Positions 14,552 through 27,394 are shown, counted from the first letter of the stretch. The stretch: 64,000 nt of DNA from Octopus sinensis (GCF_006345805.1 NC_043006.1:9672001-9736000), one strand, 5' to 3'. A program made the numbers and translations. The notes: generated by a model not told the origin, from the letters alone.

Positions 14552-14623
<72 letters not shown>

Positions 14624-14630
14624 GTCATCA
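14431..14630. repeat. Compound (CAT)n/(CAC)n/(CGT)n microsatellite
   Basis: Directly visible. Source of the poly-D/G/M ORFs. Confidence 0.97.
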
Positions 14631-14722
14631 AGAAGGTGATGAGCTGGTAGAATCGTTAGTACGCCAAACAAAATAATTCGAGGCATCTCCGCTTTAATGT
14701 TTTTACGCTTTGATTTCAAATT
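14631..14722 (+). mobile_element. Degenerate SINE family B head
   Basis: aaggtgatgagctggtagaatcgttagtacgcc resembles the SINE-B 5' end. Confidence 0.55.
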
Positions 14723-16486
14723 TCTCTATGTTCGAATTTACCTTTCAGATTTCCGGGATCGATAAATTATGTTACAGTTGAGAAATGGGGTTGATATATT
14801 TGAATTACCCCATCTCCTTAATTACGCTGTGCAAAAAAATTGAAACTAATATCAATTATCAGTAAAGAATAATATTTATTCTTCCTATCAATTTTATTGT
14901 TCATTTTTCAATTGCCTGCATCTATATGTCCTTAATATATCACATAGTCTTTCCTAGTACTTGTAGTTGTTTTATAACTATGACTTCTCGTTTCTCAAGC
15001 AGATCTAGTGTCAATGTAATATAACAGTAAAGAATTCTTAATCAGTTATCACGCATTGCATAACATAGGCTACGTGTGGTTTGAAAAGAATTAGCTGATA
15101 TATGCGGCTCTCGTATTTGTGTTTCGGATTTATTGCCATGCTGTTAAAATTGAAATTACATAAATAAGTATATATACGTAACATCAAATTTGCCCAGAAG
15201 CGTAAATCATTTAATATCACTGTTTAATTTGGCAAACTGGAAATGAAAATGAGTTGTTCCTAATCATAAACTCTGAAATTTTGCTTTATGCTATAATTGT
15301 AATTTGGCAGCTTCACATTTTTCGAGCATAGCTTATATTTTCTAATATAATTTCTGAGGTATTTTGTATTTTTTTTATCAATCCGATTACTTTTTCCATA
15401 TGTTCCAAATTGTTTTTTTCAAATTGTGATGTGCTTTAAGCTATAAAATTAAATCATTCTCAGGGAAACACAGTGTTTATCTTATTTTAAACTCTACTTA
15501 AATGTATCGCATTCATATACAACTGTAATAAAAGTCACATAAATTTAAATAATATTGATCAAGGATTTTTAATTAAACATGCTTCGTATTATTAAGAACT
15601 GAAAAATATATAACTATTTTCAGCGAGTATGTAATGAAAAGCTCGTATAAACACACGTCGTTATATTCGATATCAGATGTACTACAGGCCTCTGTTTTAG
15701 AAGTGAAATATATGTATCAGAGTGCTAAAAAAATCTTCTTGTTTTTAAATCCACTTTGCTCGTATGTATTCAGGTCTCCTTTGCTGTTCCACTGTTTGTA
15801 TGCATGACAGTTGGTCAGAAGTTTCGAACGGTGCTTTGTAAACTAGACATAAGTTTCTCAGTAATATTGTTTACTGGCTGGTAATTCATAGAGACATTTA
15901 GCTGAGCCAATAATTTTTCTCTTACCTTATTTATATTTGTTTATGCGTGTAACAATTTGAATGATAGTATCAATGTATCATCTTTCCTTGTATACAGACG
16001 TTTATGTAACTTCTCCAGTTCATCACCTATATAGGTTCTTTATATATTCAAATGATTTCAGTAATGTAACTTAAGAAAAATCATGGACACAATTGAGAAC
16101 AAAAGATATGAGGTTTAATTTTAAATTCATATGATTTTTCGTATTTGCTTCGAAGCGGGCAATAAGACAATATTTCTATGAACTTCACGAATTAATTACA
16201 TTTCAACAAGAATATAATATGTGTGTTTGTATCTAAATGGTGTAAGTGTGTCTATATAGATGTATGTATGCGCATAAGTTTGATGGCAGAAGCATTGATG
16301 GAATTGCAGAATAGTGGCAGCATTACTTATTAGAAGTAAAAAATATATTTTTTTTAAAGATTAGGTTCAAAAATTATTAGATGGAAAGTATCTATAGCTT
16401 TTACAATTTCTCGTATAAATTCTGTGCATCACAGAAGGAATGAGCTTTGATCATCCTTTAACAACTAGTTTAGAGGAAGATATATA

Positions 16487-16535
<49 letters not shown>

Positions 16536-16552
16536 CATACATATACTTACAC

Positions 16553-16601
<49 letters not shown>

Positions 16602-16618
16602 ATAATATATATATACAT

Positions 16619-16968
16619 ATATAATCAAAATAAGCAACAAAAATATCTTCGGTAATTTGGTACGATCGTTTCACGCTACATCATTTTTTTAAACATTGTA
16701 AGTATTACAACAGTTTTAAAATGTTGAGCAATCATCAGCCATGTATAGAGGTTTTCCATCAATACATATGCTTATTTTCACACTTATTTTCATGTTCCAA
16801 TTAATATGAAAAATGATGTAGCGAAACGATCGTACCAAATTACCGAAGATATTCTTGTTGCTTATTTTGATTATAATCACCCCATGGATTTATATGGATA
16901 ACACCAAACAAAATTTTGGTGCATCTAACTTAAGTACCATATTCATTTGAATCTAAATTTTGCTGAAC
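16619..16968. mobile_element. Head-to-head foldback element (hammerhead family 1)
   Basis: ~68-bp inverted arms (16619-16688 vs 16808-16874). The right copy continues to 16968 and is homologous to 55377-55630. Both outer ends run into (TA)n/(CA)n. Confidence 0.85.
16658..16741 (-). ncRNA. Minimal type-I hammerhead ribozyme motif
   Basis: Minus strand: tgg-CTGATGA-tt[gctcaacatttt...aaaatgatgtagc]gt-GAA-ACGATCGT-A-cca. Palindromic helix III, GUA site, 3-bp stem I, non-canonical base of stem II. Confidence 0.65.
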
Positions 16969-16970
16969 GT

Positions 16971-17022
<52 letters not shown>

Positions 17023-17034
17023 ATATGTATATAT

Positions 17035-17079
<45 letters not shown>

Positions 17080-17208
17080 CGAGTGAGATAAATTGAAATC
17101 GATGGCAGAATAAATTGATGTGTTTTGTAAGATAAAATAATTAAAGAATTAAAGAATGTTATATTCTAATGAATGGATTGGTGTAACATAAGCATATATT
17201 ATAATGTT

Positions 17209-17435
17209 AGGCGAGCTGGCAGAAACGTTAGCACGCCGAGCGAAATGCGTAGCCGTATTTCGTCTGCCGTTACGTTCTAAGTTCAAATTCCGCCGAGGTC
17301 GACTTTGCCTTTCATCCTTTCGGGGTCGATAAATTAAGTACAAGTTACGCACTGGGGTCGATGTAATCGACTTAATCCGTTGTCTGTCTTTGTATATCCC
17401 CTCTGTGTTTGGCCCCTTGTGGGTGGTAAAGAAAT
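17209..17435 (+). mobile_element. tRNA-derived SINE family B
   Basis: gcgagctggcagaaacgttagc...gttcaaattcc (B-box-like)...gtaaagaaata; near-identical to 20753. Confidence 0.92.
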
Positions 17436-17791
17436 ATATATTATAACGTTAATAAATGTACGTAAGGAAATGATGCGTTGAGCAACGGCAACGACTACTT
17501 AATAATATAGCAAATACAAATCTCGTAATTATATGATTGAATAAGTGTTTTGCAATTTACCTAGCCGTTGTATGCCAAATGATATAATGTGACATTTTTT
17601 CTTCAGAAGTTTGTCATTACAGAATACAATTTGGAGTTCTCCTATGTAGATATACCATTAAGTTATGACAAATAAGTAGCTTGATGGAACGTTGTTTTAC
17701 ACTCCGCTATAATTTTTCAGTATAGTGATGCTTATGTCTTACATACTAAATATATATTTTGTGTGTGTGTGTATGTGTGTTTGTGTGTGTC

Positions 17792-17822
<31 letters not shown>

Positions 17823-19533
17823 TGTTTGTGGCTCCCTGAATTTCTGGAATGTTGTACTTTATCTACTGCATCCCACAGACACAGTTTAAAATGTTTTGCC
17901 TGAAACCGATATACAATTTTGTAAGACTTCCAGTTTCCTTGCAAGCAATTAGCAGAATAGTTTATAGTGTATATCATGTACGTACCTAACATTTAAACGA
18001 AAGCAGCTGGTATTATAATAGCAATAGCGTTAGCCATGACATTGTGTATTTTAAACTTTATATTAAACAACAATTTAAAGTGAGTTAGTCGAATAAATGC
18101 ATTTTATTGTATTGCTGAAAACGTGACGACAACGTAAAATATACATGGGTTGAAATTACAGAAATACGACAAATTTAACTCGAAATAGCTTTGAAATTAA
18201 AAATGTTTTCAGCAGCACTAAAGCTAAAAGATGTTTTATATGACACAGTCTCCCAGTGTCCGAAGATTGAAAGTGTTTAGTTACAAAAAATTAATTTCCC
18301 GATCTGCCGTTGAAAATGAAAAATCCTTAATATTCTATATTCTGTTTCTTTTTCGCTAATTCTTGCTGTGTCATTAGAAGAGATTTTTTATATAAATAAT
18401 TTACCCCAAAGCCCGATCCACAATAGTGTTTCACTTACATTATTAAAGAAAGACGCAATACGCTCAATATGTGTGGCGATTGATGTAAGAATACAACAAT
18501 TCTTTTGTACATGCTTTGTAGGTGTAATATTGGCAATTATCTTAGTGTAATCTGGTGTCAACAAAATTAATTAATCTTTAGATAATTGTTGACTACAATT
18601 ACAAGATCAACTCATTAAATGAAATAATTGGGTTATTTTCTGAAATCAATATTTTTGTTTATAATTCGCGTTAGTAATATGAGGCCCTTATCTTCACAGA
18701 GCCCGATTCGCAAACATTACCAGTAGATTAATTCCTACGTTTTCACCAATTCATTTCATATCATGCTAAAATCAATGAAGGAATTACCTTTTTTTTACGC
18801 ACAGGTTTTCAAATGATAATATTTGCCAATTTCCCTGTATAACAATTTTAATTGCTGATACAGAAATGGGGATGCCTTTGCAAGCAAAGCCGAATATTTT
18901 CTAAGGCAAAGGTTGGGGAATTGAAGAGTATTAAGCGATTATATCAATCACGTTGAATTTAAATTTCATCTTATTATTGATGCCAGTCGACCAATTACTT
19001 AATTGAAATGGCATTGTTCCATATCGGTAAAATCAAACTGGATTATATTTGAGAAATACGTTGCCGAAAAATGTTCGCTAAACCATATACTTAAATATCA
19101 TCGTGCTAGTAGATAAATTAAACATGAACCGTGGCCCCCATTTAAATCACACTTCGAAATTAGCGTGTAACATTATGAGGGTTGCTCTCATTTAGCTTTT
19201 AAATTAATGCCATATAGTTAGTATAAATTAATTAACACGAAATTACGTTATGGAAGAACGTTCTGGTAAACCGAGTGGATACGTTCATACATCCGTGTGA
19301 AGGAGAATAAGAAGAATTGTTTGCACGTACATAAATACGCACAGTTTATAGCTGTGGGGATTGGTCTTAGTTAGGCACCTCAAAAAACATTAAAAAAAAC
19401 ACTATACGTCCTTAAAGGAATCTCCCTTACTCGAATACCGCAGAAACAAGCTTTTTAACTGGCGTCCATTAAATAAGTGATATCGGTAATATATGAATTA
19501 TTAAGTTGCGTCTAACAATAATTGCATGATATG

Positions 19534-19571
<38 letters not shown>

Positions 19572-20752
19572 TGTGTGTGTGTGTTTGTGTTAATATGTAT
19601 TTGTATAGATGGAAATATATTTGCGGCATTGTGTCTATTCGATCGACAGGTGTATGAGTTTCACTACTTCCTACAAATAAGTAATATTTTCAAAGATTTA
19701 CTGTGTGACTAGCTTAGTAATCTTGTGATAAAATTGGTCTTGCATTTCTGTGTCTAAACTCGACGTAATTTCCAAGAAGAATTCGATCTCACTACATGGA
19801 AACATGAGAAAGCGAATTTACGTTTAATTCTGTGTTACATAGCCCAGTGGTCCAATAATTAAAATTATAAACCTGAACTTGTAATCTGGGTAGAATAGCT
19901 GTAGATTCCTCAATAGTTTAGGATAAGTGATTTCTTTTTTAATGAACTTCAGCTTCATGTTAACATGATTTCCACAACTATACGCACTTTCCCTTCTCAA
20001 TCCTAAATTACTATGTCAGGTGTATCAAGTTTAAATTTTATTTAGGTTTTCACTGGTGCATATGTAGTTAGTAAGATGCTAGCCATTAAGGTCTCTGGAA
20101 AAAAAAACACATCAAGAATTTGTTTCTGTCGTAGATTGGCTGACCAAACAATGTACCCAGTAAAACCATAATTCCCAGTTTTAAACAGTGCACTGGAATG
20201 GAATTAACGATTTCCTCTGGCATGTGTCCAGTTGTTGTAAGATAGGCAAGAGTAATGGTAGTAGCATTTGCAGGTTTCTAAAAAGGTCATTGCAGGTGTC
20301 GATGTGATCGACACCTGGGGGCAGAGCCCTAGCATTGACTGAGTGCGATGACTGTAACAAATGTTTCCTTATTGTTGATTTTCTTATTGTTGAGGTCATG
20401 TTCTGTATATTCATAAATGTAAGTTTTTCCCAGATTAATTGCACTTCATATTCGAGGCACCAGTGTGATAGAATATGCCAAACTTCCACCGTGCTCAAGA
20501 GTGATACAAGGGCTTCACATTACGCCAACAATAACTCATTTCAGTGATTCTTTCTAGCAATGACATTGCTCGTATACGACAAAGCAGCTAGAGGTAAAAC
20601 ATTTTACCTCCGCCCATATAATACAATAAACGAATTAATTGCATTGCAATTCTTAGCATTTATGTATTAGCATTTCTGGGTACTATACTGGCAGTATATT
20701 GGATAACTGTTATCCCATAGTGGGATACACTCACAACCCCTATCTCACTTTG

Positions 20753-20979
20753 AAGGCGGCGAGCTGGCAGAAACGTTAGCACGCCGGGCGAAATGCGTAG
20801 CCGTATTTCGTCTGCCGTTACGTTCTGAGTTCAAATTCCGCCGAGGTCGACTTTGCCTTTCATCCTATCGGGGTCGATAAATTAAGTACCAGTTACGCAC
20901 TGGGGTCGATGTAATCGATGTAATCCCTTTGTCTGTCCTTGTTTGTCCCCTGTTTAGCCCCTGTGGGCAATAAAGAAAT
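20753..20979 (+). mobile_element. tRNA-derived SINE family B
   Basis: Full-length match to the other copies. Confidence 0.92.
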
Positions 20980-20981
20980 AT

Positions 20982-21043
<62 letters not shown>

Positions 21044-22087
21044 GTGTGTGTGTGTGTGTGTGTGCGTGTGTGCGTGTGTGTGTGTTTGCATTTCATCTAT
21101 TTTGATGAAATTGAACCCTCCCCGTTGTTCCTCCATCTTAAGCTATAGAATTAAGAAAGTGAAAATCTGTTTCGTAGTCGTAGTGTTTACCAGTGGAGTG
21201 TGTATGGAGTAGGAGATATTTATTTTTGTTTTCTTCAGGGCGTTAATTTTGTGGTCATATTCTTTTCTCTTTGATTTATTTTGTTGAATTATTGAGAGAT
21301 TGGAATTTTTCGTGACGTTTACATGTCTTGCATTTGTTATTTTGATTATGGAATTGCTTGCGTTTGTTTATATGTTCAAGTTTAACCCTCACTTTCTGTG
21401 ATCATCATTCAAACGTGTTAAGATTTTGAATCACATCTCAAATATTTTTTCTTGAAATCAGATTTAAATAATTTCCTGAGGATTGACTAAATGCAATGTT
21501 AACTTGTCTGTGAATGTGCTTGTGATTGTATTTGTTTGACTGTGTGTGTGTCGGTGCATAGGGGATGATAATTAAAAGAAAAATCAAAATGTTAATAGAT
21601 TGAAGTTATAACAAAATTATAATGGAAAACAGAATACTGGGGGTAATCGCAGATATTTTTCTGTATAATTGAATGGCAAGAGTACTAATATTTACGACTG
21701 ATAATTTGGGTTTGAATGTATGTTCGTAAAAGCTTGTTTGTCAGGGTGTGTTTGTGGGTGCATTAGTGTATGCATGTTTGAGCGAATTTGCACTTGTGTG
21801 TATGCATGTAAAATAGGAAATCATTAAAATTAGATTTACAAGAAAGAGAAATTAGAAGAATACGAAATGAAAGTATGTTTAGTTTCTGTGACGTTAAATT
21901 TTGTTTAATGAGTTCACGAGTTTACGTAAGAAAATATAATTAAGGATGCAAGATATTTTGTAAAGTTAAGTATATGCTAATTCGTATCGATGTACAACTG
22001 AGAAGATTGTACTATAGTGTACATATGTATATGTATATACATACATACATACATATATATATATATTTATATATGTATATATATATT

Positions 22088-22153
<66 letters not shown>

Positions 22154-22357
22154 TATATATATATATATATATATGCAGCACGAAGTTTTGTCAGGCAACA
22201 GGTCGCGGTCTCAAAGTGATGAAAATATATTGACAAATTAAATTTAAATGTTGAAGTGAATCTAGCGGCTTTTGTGTGTTTATTCAATGGCGTATACACA
22301 CCTTCCACGCTGCAATTGTATATATATATATATATATATGAATATATATATATATGA

Positions 22358-22423
<66 letters not shown>

Positions 22424-22460
22424 TCATATATATATATTCATATATATATATTCATATATA

Positions 22461-22504
<44 letters not shown>

Positions 22505-23040
22505 TATGCGTATAGAGACAGTGGGGAAACGCCATAGCCATGTGTTCAATGGGATTTATTGGGGTTTTAATTCAGCTCTGGAACCATCAGCGTTTTGTTT
22601 ATTGTCCTGAAACACCTCTTATTCAGAACATTTTGAGCAGGATGGGCTTCTTGGCATGGATAATATTATAGGCGTAAAGTCACATAATGTTTCTCTCGAT
22701 ATAAGATCGTCGTGTTACGCACATATGTTTGTGATGCATGTGCCCCATGTAGCCTTAAAAGATGAGTAATCAGGTTGGGTACATCTGGTGTCGTATGTGT
22801 AAACTATTGTCATATTAATGTCGTGCGCTGGTCTCTCTCACAATAATAATACTTATGATGATATATGATGATGATGGTAAATGATAATGTTCATGATGAT
22901 TTCTGCTAGAGACACAAGTCCTTAAGCTTCAAGAGAATGGGACAAGTAGATCATAACGATCACGTTTCTCAACATGTACGTATTTTTTCTACTGCGATAA
23001 AATATTCCTCTCTACTATATGGACAAGGAGTGTTATATTG

Positions 23041-23580
23041 GGGAGGGGACTAATTGATTTCATCGACCCCAGTGTTTCACTGGTACTTAATTTATCGACC
23101 CTGAAATGATGGTGGGCAATGTCAAACTCGACGGAATTTGAATTCAGAACGTAACGAAGGGCGAAATAATTATTTCTTTACTACCCTCAAGGGGCTAAAC
23201 ACAGAGAGGACAAACAAGGACAGACAAACGGATTAAGTCGATTATATCGACTCCAGTGCGTAACTGGTACTTATTTAATCGATCCCGAAAGAATGAAAAG
23301 TAAACTCGAGCTCGGCGGAATTTGAACTCAGAACGTAGCGGCAGACGAAATACCTATTTCTTTATGACCCACAAGGGGCTAAACACAGATAGGACAAAGA
23401 AGGACAGAGAAAAGGATCAAGTCGATTATATCGACCCCACTGCGTATATGGTACTTATTTAATCGACCCCGAAAGGATGGAAGGCCAAGTTGACGTGGCG
23501 GAATTTGAACTCAGAACGTAGCAGCAGACGAAATACCGCAAAGCATTTCGTCCAGCGTGCTAACAATTCTGACAGCTGGC
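23041..23580 (-). mobile_element. SINE family B head followed by three tandem body units
   Basis: Head at 23536-23580. Units of ~183 bp at 23353-23535 and ~23169-23352, plus an older divergent unit at 23041-23168. Confidence 0.88.
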
Positions 23581-23782
23581 AAATCCAAATTAGAAATAAA
23601 AATATTCGATATCTTTTTGAATGATAAACTACGCTACTTCATAGAAAGGCGGTAAACATTTTGTAAAGAAAGAAATGGTATAATAAATAAAGAGTCCGTA
23701 GTATTGAAAATATTAAAGATTCAATGGTTTTGTCTAAAATAATATTTCATTATTCAATCATCTCTGTACAAATAAAACATAT

Positions 23783-24072
23783 TGATCCGATGAACGGAAG
23801 AGCCTGCTCGTGAAATTAACGTGCCAGTGTCTTAGCACTCCACAGATACGTGTACATTTATCGTAGTTCTCGGGGAGATTCAGCGTGACACAGACAGGGT
23901 GAGAGAATGTTGCATGAATGAGTACAGCAGGGTTCGCCACCACCCCTTGCCGGAGCCTCGTGGAACTTTTTTGTGTTTTCGCTCAATAAACACTGACAGT
24001 GCCGTGGCTGAGAATTGATACTGCGATACTACGACCGTGAGCCCGCTGCCCTAACCACTGGGCCATTGCACC
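23783..24072 (-). mobile_element. tRNA-derived SINE family C
   Basis: Reverse complement begins ggtgcaatggcccagtggttagggcagcgggctc (tRNA A-box-like). Body homologous to 31314-31618. Confidence 0.75.
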
Positions 24073-24078
24073 ACCACC

Positions 24079-24150
<72 letters not shown>

Positions 24151-24460
24151 TGTGTGTGTGAAATTAAACAGAGTGAAGAATGAATATGTTTTGACAGCTA
24201 TTTAATAAACACAACACGTTTCGATACTGTCGTCTATTTCGTAATTCTAATGATGAATGAGCTCTACTTTGTACTCTAATAGGTTCCTAACGGAATAGAC
24301 CTCAAGTATATATGTATATAATAATGAACTTTTAAAATCTTATTATTCTAAAATACAAGACTATTTGACTATGCTCTGTATGGGTGAATTTCTGGGTATG
24401 CGTGAGTAAATTTCTGCATATATATGGATCTGTTTATAACTATAGTTATGTATATATATA

Positions 24461-24832
24461 CTAGCAGTATCGCCCGGCGTTGCTCGGGTTTGTAACGGAA
24501 ATAACTATATAAGCATTTTTAGAGAGTTATAGCAAAAAAATAGCAAAAAAATGCATTAAAAATGGAATAAAAAATGATGGTAATATTTTTTTTTGAATCG
24601 TTGACTCATCGTAGACATTTTTAGAGAGTTACTTCCCTGATATAATAGCGAAAAAATGCATTAAAATGGAAAAAATGATGGTAATTTTTTTTTAAATCGT
24701 AGAGTCATCGTAGACGCGCGATAATACCCAGAATCACGACTATAAGATACCCGGTTTTGGTTAAACTGCACCGCAAAATGTGGGAGTAGTTAGGAATCTA
24801 AATCGTAGGAGACAGACACTCACACAACTACA

Positions 24833-24865
<33 letters not shown>
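24461..24865 (-). mobile_element. Non-autonomous Helitron
   Basis: Minus-strand 3' end cccgagcaacgccggg-cgatactg-CTAG|T. Body homologous to 37751 and 52026. 5' TC overwritten by a (TA)n expansion. Confidence 0.85.
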
Positions 24866-24867
<2 letters not shown>

Positions 24868-25083
24868 TCTATTTAAAGCAGCAAAAAATACAACATAACC
24901 TGTTACTCTGAGTTTCCCGTTGCCGTTCATCGGACAGTTTTTGCTAGCAACGGCAACGGGAAATTCAGAGTAACAGGTTTTGTTGTATTTTCTGCTGCTT
25001 TAAATAAAGCATATTACTCTACCACTGGTATTTGAGTTGTCTTTTTTTTTCCACCTTGTTTCACATTTATGTGTTTACTCCGG
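24866..25083. mobile_element. Head-to-head foldback element (hammerhead family 2)
   Basis: 58-bp arms (24870-24927 / 24949-25006) with 3 differences and a 21-nt spacer. Flanked by (TA)n on both sides. Homologous to 45795-46008. Confidence 0.88.
24900..24937 (-). ncRNA. Minimal type-I hammerhead-like motif, U4C variant
   Basis: Minus strand: ctgt-CCGATGA-a[cg gcaa cg]g-GAA-ACTC a GAGT-A-acag. Confidence 0.55.
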
Positions 25084-25148
<65 letters not shown>

Positions 25149-25159
25149 TTATATATATG

Positions 25160-25203
<44 letters not shown>

Positions 25204-25249
25204 TGTGTTATATGTGTGTATACGCGCGCGTGTGTGTGTTTTGGTATTT

Positions 25250-25685
25250 TAGTTAGTTAGTTAGTTAGTAAATTTGGCTCAAAAGCAAATAGGAAGGCCA
25301 TGTAGGGGGACATGGAGTTAAGTACAGGATGGTGTTCATGTAAAGAGTTCAGGCCACTTGAGGTCCAGGGAGGCTTTGAACAAAGCGGTCGTCGGCATCT
25401 TCACCATCTCGTCTGGCAGCTTGTTCCACGAATCCGCAACCCGGACGGAGAAAGCTCCTCTCCTTCGATTGAGATGAAATCATCGCAGGTAGAGCTTTTC
25501 GGAATGACCCCGCAGCCGACGCTCTGGAGCAGGAGTGAAGTACAGCTCTTTCGAGGGGTTACACTTTCCGCTTATGATGTTGTGAGCGAGAATGAGATCA
25601 CCACGGCGGCGGCGTTTTTCAAGAGAATAAAGGTCGAGCGTCTTCAGCCTATTTTGATTGCCAATAGTTGACGGTTTTCAAGGAT
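25250..25685 (-). mobile_element. CR1/L2-group LINE 3' end with (TAAC)n tail
   Basis: RLKTLDLYSLEKRRRRGDLILAHNIISG...RGHSEKLYLR*...FSVRVADSWNKLPDEMV...FKASLD, then a 3' UTR and ctaactaactaact. Confidence 0.9.
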
Positions 25686-25823
25686 GCTATTTATTCTATC
25701 GTTTCTTTTGCACAACCAAATAATTACGAGAGAGTAAACACTCCATCCATTGGTAGTGGTGTGGATGGTGGTGGTCGGGAACAAGTAGACCTAAAAACAC
25801 CCAAATAGATATATACATATATG

Positions 25824-25867
<44 letters not shown>

Positions 25868-26408
25868 CAAACACACGTTGTTATAAGTATGTTTATCTTT
25901 CCATACGCTTGTACAAATGTGCATATATTTATAGATGTATATATGTGTGAATATATTTTGTTGCAAGGTCACCAGAGCTCAAAGGGTTATGAAATTTGAC
26001 CTTTGCCAGTAATATCTCACATGTATATGTTTCATTTATCATCAGACCCTATCAAGTTTTTGTGTGTGTGCGTTTGTTGTAGAATATGCAATCAGTATGG
26101 TGAAATCCTTTATTCCAGGAAATAGGTGTGATGCTGACAAGGCATTCAAAGAAACTTATATGTATATAAATGGAGAGAGATTAAATGGTTTAATGTGTAC
26201 GTAATTTTATAAATGCAAAGAGACGACATTATACACATCAATTTTTAGTTTGGCTTTGCATATTACATCAGCGGTTTAATTAGTTCTTATCATTTGGTCC
26301 TGATTCTGGAAGAGAAAATTGATTAACACTAAAACAAATGCTCTAGCATGCATGTCTATATATATATATATATGTATAAATATGTTTATATATATATATA
26401 TATATATA

Positions 26409-26463
<55 letters not shown>

Positions 26464-26498
26464 TATATATATACATATATATATATATATATAAATGT

Positions 26499-26559
<61 letters not shown>

Positions 26560-26561
<2 letters not shown>

Positions 26562-26978
26562 CGCAGGAGAGGCTGTGTGGTAAGTAGCTTCCTAACCAAC
26601 CACATGGTTCCGGGTTCAGTCCCACTGCGTGGCATCTTGGGCACCTGTCTTCTGCTATAGCCCCCGGGCCGACCAATGCCTTGTGAGTGGATTTGGTATA
26701 CGGAAACCGAAAGAAGTCTGTCGTATATATGTATATATATATATATCTATATATGTGTGTGTGTGTGCGTGTGTTTGTGTGTCTGTGTTTGTCCCCTTAG
26801 CATTGCTTGACAACCGATGTTGGTGTGTTTACGTCCCCGTTACTTAGCGGTTCGGCAAAAGAGACCGATAGAATAAGTACTAGGCTTACAAAGAATATGT
26901 CCCGGGGTCGATTTGCTCGACTAAAAGGCGGTGCTCCAGCATGGCCGCAGTTAAATTACTGAAACAAGTAAAAAAAAA
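26560..26978 (+). mobile_element. tRNA-derived SINE family A (internal TA/TG microsatellite)
   Basis: ggcgcaggagaggctgtgtggtaag...ggttcagtccc...gaaacaagtaaaa. Multiple homologous copies in the window. Confidence 0.93.
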
Positions 26979-27394
26979 TATGCAGGCAATCAAGTTATAG
27001 CATGTGTAGGTTAAGCGATACTGTGAAATATTCTGAATATTTATGACGTAGTATTTTGTGACGGTGAGAATAAAATTTAGCCAGCAATTGGAAATCAAGA
27101 AAGAATAACGATCTCTAAAGCGATCCAAACCATCTTTTCCTTGAAAGGTTTATAAATTTATAAAAGCTTCCTTTCTTTTTCTATTGTGGCATAAACAGCT
27201 ACATGGGAAATATCCGGAAGTGAATTATTAGAGCTTGTCTAATAAAATGACTGTGAATGCGATCTTCCACAATATAATTTGTCTCCAGTGCAACACAATG
27301 AAGGTTCATATATTTGCACAGAATATCATTGCTGCTGTTATTATCATGTTTTCTATTTTTCTTGCAGTTGTTGTTGTCATTCTTCTTCTTCTTC

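Noticed and set aside
15729-15884. Plus-strand peptide ...VSFAVPLFVCMTVGQKFRTVLCKL... resembling GPCR TM7/helix 8
   Set aside because: Lacks an NPxxY-like motif, no other GPCR exons were found, and T-rich DNA yields hydrophobic peptides by chance.
23785-23825. CCGATGA...GAAA on the plus strand inside SINE-C
   Set aside because: The homologous SINE-C copy at ~31560 lacks the core, there is no valid helix III/UH, and it is antisense to the SINE.
26015-26050. Minus-strand CTGATGA-taaat-GAAAC
   Set aside because: No stem II, G at the cleavage position, and no stem I.
26560-26640. tRNA-like sequences at SINE heads (also 17209, 31314, 62707)
   Set aside because: They carry A/B-box-like motifs but no full cloverleaf and continue into repeat bodies, so they are not tRNA genes.
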